Shown in pieces: positions 53,385-64,000 of a DNA stretch of 64,000 bases; the first letter of the stretch is position 1, and each line of letters begins with the position of its first letter. The position numbers and the translations under genes are program-made. A model generated the notes under the pieces. That model ran no database searches. It worked only from the letters and a program-made list of their open reading frames with translations, and was not told where the DNA came from. Source of the DNA: Malacoraja senta. Taxonomy: Eukaryota. Where the stretch lies: contig CM075989.1 in the NCBI GenBank assembly GCA_038087875.1, positions 17,362,001 to 17,426,000 on the forward strand. The letters are read 5' to 3'.

Positions 53385-53828
53385 AGTACAGTGTGGAAAC
53401 ACGGCCTTCAGCCCAACCTGCCCACGCTGGCCAACATGTCCCGTCTACACTAGTCTAACCTGCCCCCGTTTGGCCCATATTCCCATCCAAACCTGTCCAA
53501 ACCTATCCATGTACCAGTCTAACTGTTTCTTAAATGTTGGGATAGTCCCAGCCTCAACTACCTCCTCTAGTGGCTTGTTCCATACACCCACCACCCTTTG
53601 TGTGAAAAAGTTACCCCTCGGATTCCTATTAAATCTTTTCCACTTCACCTTGAATTGATGTCCTCTGGTCCTTGATTCCCCTACTCTGGGCAAGAGACTT
53701 TGTGCATCTACCCGATCTAATCCTCTCATGATTGTGTACACCTCTAAAAGATCCCTCCTCATGCTCCTACGCTCCACGGAATAGAGACCCAGCCTACTCA
53801 ACCTCTCCCTATAGCTCACACCCTCTAG
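53385..53828 (-). mobile_element. CR1 LINE 3' fragment
   Basis: SYRERLSRLGLYS...GESRTRGH...NFFTQRVVGVWN. Confidence 0.9.
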
Positions 53829-56217
53829 AAAAGAAAAGAAGCGGGTGGTGGGTGTGTATGGAACAAGCCACTAGAGGAGGTACACAAAAATGCTGGAGAA
53901 ACTCAGCGGGTGCAGCAGCATCTATGGAGCGAAGGAAATAAGCCACTAGAGGAGGTAGTTGAGGCAGGGACTATCCCAACATTTAAGAAACAGTTAGACT
54001 GGTACATGGTTCTGCTGCATCTTAAACCTAGGAATCTGCAATTCCTTCCTACACATCCAGATGCTGCCTGTCCCACTGAGTTACTCCGGCATTTTGTGCC
54101 TATCTTCAAAATATTAATTATTTTTTGGTGGAGATCTTGATTCAGACACAGTTGGGGAAGGTGTGCAGTTCTGCTCACCACACAGTAGAAATGGTGCCAT
54201 TATGTTAGAGAGGATGCAGAAAAGATTCATAAGAATGTTGCTTGGATTGGAGGACTTGAGTTGTTGGGTGATATCGGATAAACTTGGGGACTCAAGAGAC
54301 TGCAGGTGCCAGAAACTTGAACAAAACTCAAAACTGTTGGAGGAACACAGCTCCTCCTTGGATAGGCTGTCTGTTTTCCCTGGAGCGATGGTGGCTGAGA
54401 AGTGATGTGCTAGAGGTATATAAAAGTATGAGAGGCATAATAGGGTCAATAGCAGCATCTGCTTCCCATGGTAGAGTGTCTAAAACTAGAGGGCGTAGAT
54501 TAAGAGGGAGGAGGTTTAAAAGGGATCGGACTAAATTCTTCACACAAAGAGTAGTTGGTATCTAAAATGACTTGCCAAAGTAGGTGGTGGAGGTAAAAAC
54601 AGTCACAATGTCTGAGAGGCATCTTGGGGATAGAGAAATGTGCAATAAATGACAGGTGGGATTAGTATAGATAGGCATAATGGTTGGCACCAGTTTCTAT
54701 GCTGCACTGCTCTATGAGCCTTTTTTTATCCTGAAAATGAGAGTGCTCCAGTGTTATTGCAGATTCCCTCTTGTTTCAAATCAATTTATATATGGTGAAA
54801 AAAGGCACAAACAATAGTCCAATAGGAATAAAATAACAAATTCGGCGGCAACGTTGCGCAGTGATAGAGCTGCTGCCTTACAGCGCCAGAGAACCGGGTC
54901 CAATCCTGACTATGGGTGCTGTTTGCGTGGAGTTTGTACGATTGCGTGGGTTTTCTCAGGATGCTCCAGTTTCCTCCCATGTTCCAAAGATGTGCAGGTT
55001 TGTGTTATCAATCAATGGTCGGCGTGGACACAAAGGTCCTGTTTCACATTGTATCTCTAAACCCAAATATCAGATTATCTCTCAATATTAATCCCTGGAT
55101 CAGATTGGAAGACTCCCTTCACTGTTCTTGCTCTTCTGTTCTCACATACGACTTCCCATCTTATGTCACTTTCCTATCCAACTGCAGGATCTGCATCATT
55201 AGTCCTTTCACCCTTTCATTCCAACCATCCAGGACTCAGACGGAAGCAGGCATACTTGCTCTCCTGTGTAGTGTACTGAATTTGGTATTCACAATGTGAT
55301 CTCTTCATTGGAGAAACAAAACACAGATAGGGTGATTACTTTTCTGAGCACCTCCATTCAGTTCATAGAAATAGCACTGTGTCCATTTGCCCGCAATTTT
55401 AATTCTCCATTCACACACTGACCAGTGACCTCCTGCTTTGTGACAAGGTCCAAAGCAAGCTTGAGGAACAACATATCATCTTCCATCTAGGTATATTGCA
55501 GCCTTACAGATTCAATATTGAATTCTCCGACTTCTGTACTGCACTGACCTGCATGGATTTTCCCCGGGATCTCCGGTTTCCTCCCACACTCCAAAAGACA
55601 TACAGGTGTGTACGCTAAATGGCTTGGTAAAATTGTAAATTGTCCCTTGTGTGTGTAGAATACTGTTAGTGTATGGGGATCGCTGGTTGGCACGGACCCA
55701 GTAGGCTGTAGGGCATGTTTCCGTGCTGTATCTCTAATTTAAACTTTAAAAAACTAAACTAAACTAATTATTGAGGACTGGAAAGAGATGATTCCCTGGA
55801 TAGATTGGCAATATTTACATCCTATGGGAAATGTGATGCTGAGCCTGATTCCTCTCTCAACTTAGCAATAATAAACTTTGTCACAACTCTTTCCATCAAT
55901 CGTGGTAGGTATGAAATCTAGTCAATCATTTGTAGAAATTCTAAAAATAATTATTATGTTCAGATTTGGAACAATCCTTAAATGATTATCAGTATTAATT
56001 TACTCAGGAATGGAAGGAATGAAATGTGTAGTTTAGTTGAATTTATTGTCACATGTACTGAGGTACAATGAAAAGCTTTTGTGTAGGAAAGAACTGCAGA
56101 TGCTGGTCTAGATCAAAGGTAGACACAAAATGCTGGCGTAACTCAGCGGGACAGGCAGCATCTCTGGAGAGAAGGAATGGGTGACGTTTCGGGTCGAGAC
56201 CCTTCAGACTATTTGTT

Positions 56218-57797
56218 AAAGAAGGAACTGCAAATGCTGGAAAATCGAAGGTACACAAAAATGCTGGAGAAACTCAGCGGGTGCAGCAGCATGTATGGAG
56301 CGAAGGAAATAGGCAACGTTTCGGGCCGAAACCCTTCTTCAGACTGATAGGGGGTGGGGAGAAGAAAGGAAAAAAGGAAAAAGGGCGGAGGAGGAGCCCG
56401 AGGGCTAGGGGAGGGGAGGAGACAACCAGTGGGCTGATAAAGGGGAGGGGACAGCAAGGGCTAGCAGAATTGGGAGAATTCAATGTTCAAGCCCCCAGGA
56501 TGTAGACTGCCCAAGCGGAATATGAGGTGCATTTCCTCCAATTTCCGGTGTTGCTCGCTGTGGCCATGGAGGAGACCCAGGACAGAGAGGTCAGATACGG
56601 AATGGGAGGGGGAGTTGAAGTGCTGAGCCACCGGGAGGTCAGGTTGGTCATTGCGGACCGACCGGAGGTGTTCAACATACCGACATCCACTACAAACCTA
56701 TCGACTCCCATGGCTATCTGGACTACACTTCTTCCCACCCTGCTTCCTGCAAGGACTCCATCCCCCACTCCCAATTCCTCCGTCTACGCCGCATCTGTTC
56801 CCAGGATGAGGCGTTCCACACCAGGGCATCCGAAATGTCCTAATTCTTCAGGGAACGGGGGTTCCCCTCCTCCACCATAGATGAGGCTCGCACCAGGATC
56901 TCTGCCACACCCCGCAACACTGCTCTCTCTCCCCATCCCCCCACTCACAACAAGGGCAGAGTCCCCCTAGTCCTCACCTTTCACCCCACCAGCCGTCACA
57001 TACAACAAGTGATCCTCCGTCAGTTTCGTCACCTCCAACGTGACCCCACCACTCGCCACATCTTCCCATCTCCCCCCATGTCTGCCTTCCGCAAAGACCG
57101 CTCCCTCCGTAACACCCTTGTCAATTCTTCCCTTCCCTCCCGTACCACCCCCTCCCTGGGTACTTTCCCTTGCAACCGCAAGAGATGCAACACTTGTCCC
57201 TTCACCTCCCCCCTCGACTCCATTCAAGGACCTAAGCAGTCGTTCCAGGTGCGACAGAGGTTCACCTGCATCTCCTCCAACCTCATCTATTGCATCCGCT
57301 GCTCTAGATGCCAGCTGATCTACATCGGTGAGACCAAGCGGAGGCTTGGCGATCGTTTCGCCGAACACCTCCGGTCGGTCCGCAATAACCAACCTGACCT
57401 CCCGGTGGCTCAGCACTTCAACTCCCCCTCCCATTCCGTATCTGACCTCTCTGTCCTGGGTCTCCTCCATGGCCACAGCGAACAACACTGGAAATTGCAG
57501 GAAATGCACCTCATATTCCGCTTGGGCAGTCTACATCCTGGGGGCTTGAACATTGAATTCTCCCAATTCTGCTAGCCCTTGCTGTTCCCTCCCCTTCATC
57601 AGCCCTCTGGTTGTCTCCTCCCCTTCCCTAGCCCTCGGGCTCCTCCTCCGCCTTTTTTCCTTTTTTCCTTTTTTCCTTTCTTCTCCCCACCCCCTATCAA
57701 TCTGAAGAAGGGTTTCGGCCCGAAACGTTGCCTATTTCCTTCGCTCCTTAGATGCTGCTGCACCCGCTGAGTTTCTCCAGCATTTTTGTGTTCCTTC
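56218..57797 (+). mobile_element. 5'-truncated Penelope-like retroelement with an inverted 3'-end copy at its left end
   Basis: From 56679 one frame encodes TDIHYKP...HGYLDYTSSHP...SQFLRLRRIC (RT thumb; one TAA at 56841) and the GIY-YIG nuclease (NLIYCIRC...IYIGETKRRLGDRFAEH); about 56248-56673 is the reverse complement of about 57363-57797; CCTTCAGACTATTTGTT occurs at 56201 and 57793. Confidence 0.93.
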
Positions 57798-58630
57798 AGA
57801 CTATTTGTTGTGTGCTAATCAGTCAGCAGAAAGACAATGCATGATTACAATTGAGCCATTCACAGTGTACAGATACATGATAAAGGGAATAATGTGAAGG
57901 GAATAACGTGAGCGTGAAGTGAATAGCAAATAAAAATTGCTATCCCAAGCCAAGTGGACATTGTTGAATATATTGAATGGTCTTAAAATTAGCTGTCAGA
58001 TAACAGCCATGTAATCATATCTGCCCAGAGGCCCTGTATATATATTCAGGCTTCAGGGAATCACATATCATAATTTGTATTACTGTCCAATTTACAAGAA
58101 GTGATTATTTTTTTAAACGTGCAGATGCTGGAAAACTAAAACAAAAAAGAGATGTTGGAAACATTCAGCAGATCGGGTAGCGTCTGAACTACAGTCATTT
58201 ATTATATTAACTGCTTCCTGAATAACCTCCAGCACTGAAAGTATACTGCTGTAGAATATGAATTATAAATACGACAGGTTTCTCTCTTATTACCTAATAG
58301 CTTCGTATTGTTTTCTATAAAATCTCATTGTTGCTCAGTCAAATCAGTAAGAATAATTCTCCGCAATTTGAATGGTTTGGGAATGTATTTAAAATAATTC
58401 CAAAACTTTCTGAGCGTGTCACAAGTTGTTAATAGGAACATTTTTTGCAACACTTCATGCTCATGTGATATTTAGGACAGGAGAGGGGAAAGCATTATTC
58501 GCCCTGCAGTGTGTGAACATAGAAATCTCCCGTTGTTGCAAGACTCTGGAGTTTAATTTCGTCCCCCACTCCTATTCTTGTGCGGCGCTCACTCTGGGCT
58601 TCTCCTTCCCGGCTGTGTTTGGAGCCGGCG

Positions 58631-58645
58631 GTTCCCTATAGCAAC
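58631..58645 (+). promoter_or_regulatory. RFX X-box-like motif in a candidate promoter of the plus-strand gene
   Basis: GTTCCCTATAGCAAC resembles the X-box (GTTNCC-N3-RGCAAC); lies in a locally CpG-richer unique stretch about 145 bp upstream of a GTGAGT donor. Confidence 0.5.
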
Positions 58646-58649
58646 CTGC

Positions 58650-58789
58650 AAGGCTTTCAGTCCCATGACTGCGCATACCATGACTCTGTGGACTCAAGGA
58701 CCGGTTTGTACGCGGAGTGCGAAACCTGCAGTTCACCTGAAGTTGCAAAGTGGACCAAAGAGACAGCGAGAAGAATTCAGGAGAATGCA
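58650..58789 (+). other. Candidate first exon of the unidentified plus-strand gene (start approximate)
   Basis: Unique sequence after the X-box ending in GCA|GTGAGT; a plausible downstream acceptor (ttttttctgcAG) at 61477. Confidence 0.4.
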
Positions 58790-61779
58790 GTGAGTGATAT
58801 ATATTTATAGCCTGCGATAGCTCTTGTATATAGAGGGAAGTTGGATTAAGTTGCTGTAGGTGACTGAGCCAGGCTGAGAAGAATTAGGGGCAAGACTTGG
58901 AGTTAAAAATTGCAGAACAAGGTTAAACTCGAAGTTCAGCCCGATCCAACCGTGGAGATAATTTTAGTTTAAGATAGTTTGCCACGGAGTAAACTGGAGG
59001 ATCGAGAGAGTTTTAATGGTTAGCAAAAGGTGACGCAGTTGATAGAGTGTTTAATATGAGTGTAAAATAACCTTCAGTTTACCACAGGCAAATGGGCAGA
59101 GGGCCAGACCTTGGAGTTAAATGAAACGACATGGCAAATACAACAGATGCTGGAAACTCAAACAAAAAACAGGTGCAGGTAGAAATCCTTGGCAGGTAAT
59201 GCAGCATCTTTTGAGGGAGAGCTAGGGACTAGAATGTAAAACTCAGTGATGTGATGCTGAGTCTTTATAAGTTACTACTCACTCTGCATTTAGAGTATTG
59301 TGAGCAGTTTTGCATCCCATATCTGAGGAGGTATGTGCTGGCGTTGGAAAGAGTCCAGAGATGGTTTACAAGAATGATCCTTCCTGGGTATGATGAGCGT
59401 TTGACAACTCTGGGCCTGTACTAGCTGGAGTTTGGAAGGATGAAACATTGAAACTTATCGAATAGTGAAAGGCCTGGATAGAGTGGATGTTAAGAGGATG
59501 TTTCCACTAGTGGGAGAGTCTAAGACCAGAGGGCACAGCCTCAGAATAAAAGGATGTACTTTTAGAAAGGAAATAAGGAGGAATTTCTTTAGTTGGAGGG
59601 TGGTGAATCTGTGGAATTCATTGCTACAGACAGCTGTGGAGGCCAAGTCATTGGGTATTCGTAAAGCGTAGATTTACAGGTTCTTAATTAATACTGGTGT
59701 CAAAGGTTATGGGGAGAAGGCGAGAGAACAGGGTCGAAAGGGAAAGATAGATCAGTTATGATTGAATGGCGGAATAGACTCAACGGGCAAAATTCTGCTC
59801 TTGTGATTTATGAAGTTAAACTTTCAGATTAAAAGAGCTTTGTGTGTACATGGCTTTGACAGTAATGTGGGAGGCCAAGAATTTAGCCTGTGGGTTATTG
59901 GTATCAGTAGTAGGGAAAGAAGGAGCCGTTCCATCTCAGTGTAATCCACTTAAACAGAAGCAAGACCGAGCAAGTGAATTGGCAAATCGTAAACCTGGGA
60001 GCAAGGGGAAATGGGCAGCAAGTAACTATCATGGAGGGCTTCAAAACGTCGTGCAGGCTGGGCAAATAAATGTATCAACATTAGTTTAGAGGACCAATTC
60101 ACAGAGTTCATTCATGCAACTGTCCAATGTGAGGATATCCACAAAGCTGGCACAAACATCAGTTAAGGCAGGACTCTAGATTTATCTGCACAATATGAAA
60201 TGTGATCTGATAAACCAAGAATAAATTGTGATGCTTTGTCCACAACACTAACAAGCTTCTCCACTCACAGTTTACATGGGGAATCTTCTTCACATTTCGC
60301 CACCCTCCCTCCACAAAGAACATTTCTCACCACTTGCCATTTTTTCCTCTAGAGATCATTGAAGGTATTAAAAATGTATGTAAATTTAAGCCATCTAAAA
60401 CAAATTGTGAGTCCAATGGAATAATAACAAGGCATTTTGTTCATTTGAATCTCAATACTATTTTCAAGAGTCTAGGAAAGAGTGTTTAATTGTCAGATGT
60501 ATTGAAATGGAATAATGAAATTGTTACTTGCAGCAGCACAACAGGTTTGTAAGCACAGTACTAAATAGATAACTTAATAAACAAACCAAAAAAATCAATA
60601 AATTAAAATCCCCAATATAGTACAAAACTAAACAAAAGCCCAAAGTCCATAGTGCAACCAAGACAGTTTATAGTTTGAAGTTTAGCTGGTGTTTGTAGTG
60701 TTCAATTGCCTGGAAAGAAGTTGTTCTTGAACCTCCGAGGTCACGGTTTTCAGTCTATACCTTCTTCCTGATGGCAGGAGTGAAATAAGAGCGTGGCCAG
60801 GGTGGTGTGGAATCTTGATGATGCTGGCTGCCTTTTTGAGTTAACGCCACCTATCGATCCATACGTTCTTTCTTCACCCTTACTGGAATGAAATAGTAAG
60901 TAAATAAGTCAGTAATTTTTATTTATATAGCACTTTTAAATCAAATCATGTTGAAGCCAAAATGCTTTACAGAGAAAAAAAATTAGATTCCATATAAAAT
61001 AAAAAAGAAGAAAGAAAAAAAAAGACACAATACACTATAGGATTCAACATCAACGTCCCCCCAACAACAGACGAAATGGAGTAGGATGCATAAAAGCCAC
61101 TCAGTTTAAAAATGAGCCAAGCAAAAACCTGTGTATGCAGGCTTGTTATGCTGCTGCATGTAAGAATTTCATTGTTCCATTGTTGGTACATATGACAATT
61201 AAACCCTCTTGACTCTCAAACCCAAGGAAACTATTCTTACTTTCTAAGGAAACATGGCAGTCTACTTAACACATTTTACTGTATTATGCCAGATTGCAAA
61301 TGTGCTTGTAAGCATAAGTGCCTTAATTCACCCTTTTCTTTCTCCTGATAAATTGAACATGGTACAGAATAAGCACTTCTGATTTACTGGTTAAATTAAT
61401 TCTGTTTAATTGAAATGCTTACTTATCAAAGCAGGAACTCTCAAGGGATACTTATATTTATTGTATTTTTTCTGCAGAGAAACTGTGCAATGGAGAACTG
61501 TGTTCACATATTCAGACAGCTAATTAAAATGCAGATGCTTCAAACAATTCACGGTCCAATATGGTGGATGAGAATTCTGCAATAGGCCTTGGAAAGGATT
61601 GCATCAACAGTTGGATTCTGTGATGAGGCTCCCAGCAATAGTGAGCAACTACAGACTCGGACATGGCCCAATCAAGGCCAAGTCATGATGAAACTACGTG
61701 ATCGTACATGTTTTAACTCCGGGCAGAAATTCCACTCAGTAACATTACCAAACTTTATTGCACTGCTTACCAATCTAAA

Positions 61780-62461
61780 ATGAGTGAGGTTACCATCAGT
61801 CCTGCGCACGATGTCAGGAGGTTTTCATCACAGACTGACAGCGGGGTTATCTCGGATTCATCCGATAAGTTTGACCCATGGTCATTGTGTCCAAAGGAAC
61901 TTGAGAAAGAAAAGATTGGGGGTGGATCTGAAGTTGAACAGGCTCATAACTCCAGTGCTAGCTATGGTGGAAATAAGCGTGATCTGCAAGAAACTGAGAG
62001 GGAGACCGCCGACGGGAAAAACCTTTGTACGGAACTGGAAATCACCAAATGTTCATCTATTCACAGGCTTTTAATAGTTTGTAATAATGTTAAGCGGTGC
62101 TCTGATATTACAGGTGCATCATGGCCACATGTGACTGTGGTGAATTATGCGTATGAGTCCTCCACGCTGGATTCAATTTCTGCACAAGTGGCTGAAGCTT
62201 TGAATGGAAAGCAAGTAAAATCTGTAGCTTTTGTTCTGTACAATCAGCAAGATGCGATACATATTTGCGGGGCTGGAGTGGTTCGGACACTCACGCCAAT
62301 TTCTATCCACAAGCAATTAGCTGTGCGGAGATTCTTTAACAATATTGTGACCAACCACGTTGATGTGGAAGATTCAGATACCAGGATGGATATTCTGGGC
62401 TGCACTGCCCTGATGACTGCAGACTTGGAGGAAGTCAAGAGGGAGCTGCAGAGTCTGACAG
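61780..62461 (+). CDS. Large coding exon of an unidentified protein with a DUF4347-like (NSMF/ECT2L-type) domain; gene probably continues right of the window
   Basis: Non-repeat open frame of 227 codons from aaaATG to donor ACAG|GTATAT; motifs RLLIVCNNV, VTVVNYAYESSTLDSISAQVAEALNGKQVKSVAFV and MDILGC...ELQSLTG parallel ECT2L ([31 protein letters not shown]...LSQLTG) and NSMF (IHIMGC). Confidence 0.72.
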
Positions 62462-64000
62462 GTATATTTATATTATACATTTAACAGTATACCAAATATC
62501 AGCTTTGATTTTATCAGAAAGTTATGAATTCAAGTGCTAGATGTTTGCAAAATCTACTCTGACACTTCCGCGATAGGGAGAGGTGTACTGTTTTAGGTGC
62601 TATATTTCATTTGTTATTAAACCAAGATTCCACCTGTCCTTCTGGTGAGCACACCAAATAAATGGTAACGTACAGATTAAGTTGCGAGATGCCTAGACTA
62701 CTAGTCCGATGATAATTGTTTGAATCCCTCCACCACGACTCAGATATTTCAATTTAGTTAATTAAATAAATCTGCAATGAAAAGATAGTAGCTGTAATGT
62801 TGGTTATGAAAACACTGTCACCTCTGCATTAGAGAAACCAAATGCAGATTGGGTTACTACTTTGCAGAGCGGGTCTGACTCCAAGGTTTGGGCTTTCATT
62901 TGTCTACCATTTTAATTATTCATCCCACTCCCTGGTTGACTTTGTTGTCTTTGGTCTGTGATACTACAGCAATAAAGCCCAACATAAGCTGGAGGAATAG
63001 CATCTCATCTGCCTTCCAGGAACATTGCAGTACTCAGAATTCAACCAGCTTTTTTCTGCTTGCATCAAAATCTGCCTCAAGTGTTTGGTATTCCGAGCAT
63101 TTTCTGTTGACTCCTACATCAGCTCTGTTTCATGTCTCACATGTTATCTGTTTTTTAAATCTGTTTTACTGTTTTCTCATTTTTCCATTTTTGATGAAGG
63201 ATCATTGAACTTAAACGATTCTCTCTCCGCAGACGCTGCCTGGCCTGCCAAGTATTTCCAGCACTTTCTGTTAATAATCTGATGTTCTACAGTCACTTTG
63301 TATTTATGGCACGGGCCTGATTAACCCACGGGCTGGAAAATGGCAGCTGGGAATTTGAACTTATTAAATAAATATGGATTACAAGGTTTTTATTGGGATT
63401 GATGATTGAAATCAGTGGATTGTTGAAAAAACCCCATATTAGATTGACAACACCCTTTAGGGTAGGCTACCGTTATTCTGTTTGTGACTCCTTTCGGTAA
63501 TACTATTGACTTTAATTGCTTTATGAAATAGCCAAGCAAGTCGTTCAATTCAATACTAATTAGGATGGGCAATGAATGCCAACAATCCCCAAAACTCAGA
63601 AAACCAAAATTGCTTAACTGGACATTATATATTTTCTGGGAAGTTGCCAGTATTTAGTTATTACAGTAAACAGAAGAATTAGAGAAATGCCTATTCAAGA
63701 GATCTTTTAATTATTCACCTGAGTTATTAAAATTTGGAACAATAATTAACTAACATTCTAAAGGGAAATAACTAACCAGTTTTTAACAAGCAATTAATAC
63801 TTGGCTCAACTGAAATTTCATCATGAGGAAATATGTTATTGTATCAGGTGTGTTCTTCTTAATCTTACTAATATTAAACCTCATTAAAAATGTGTTCATA
63901 GATACAGTGAAACATCACTGAAATAAATAGAAACAGGAAACTGCAGATGCTGGTTTGCAAAAAAAAGACAAAGTGCTGGAGTAACTGATTGCCTTAATTG

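Noticed and set aside
53136..61477. U5 snRNA genes, which lie beside PARP16 in human
   Set aside because: The conserved U5 loop I (GCCTTTTAC) in a U5-like context was not found by eye on either strand.

Overview
Eukaryotic (vertebrate) genomic DNA, most likely from a cartilaginous fish (skate/ray). This is inferred from the abundant HE1-type V-SINEs and the CR1, L2, Rex/Babar and Penelope-like repeats. Three genes are supported. (1) The 5' four coding exons of ADAMTS17 lie on the minus strand (ATG at 17995), and the gene runs off the left edge. (2) A complete six-exon PARP16 lies on the minus strand (53135->40087; 1017 nt, 338 aa, GT-AG introns in consistent phase). (3) An unidentified plus-strand gene has a large exon (61780-62461) that resembles a DUF4347 (NSMF/ECT2L-type) domain but is recognisable as neither gene; it has a candidate X-box promoter/first exon near 58630-58790. 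The rest is introns and intergenic DNA dense with transposons. Notable items are a Penelope-like element with an inverted terminal arm and hammerhead-like motifs, many fold-back derivatives of it, PIF/Harbinger-type MITEs that hit the same TAA in two separate SINE copies, nested insertions, a 1.3-kb G-rich satellite in PARP16 intron 1, and a GC-box tandem array directly upstream of ADAMTS17. Homology calls are from recognition of the translated sequence, not database searches. Repeat boundaries are approximate.
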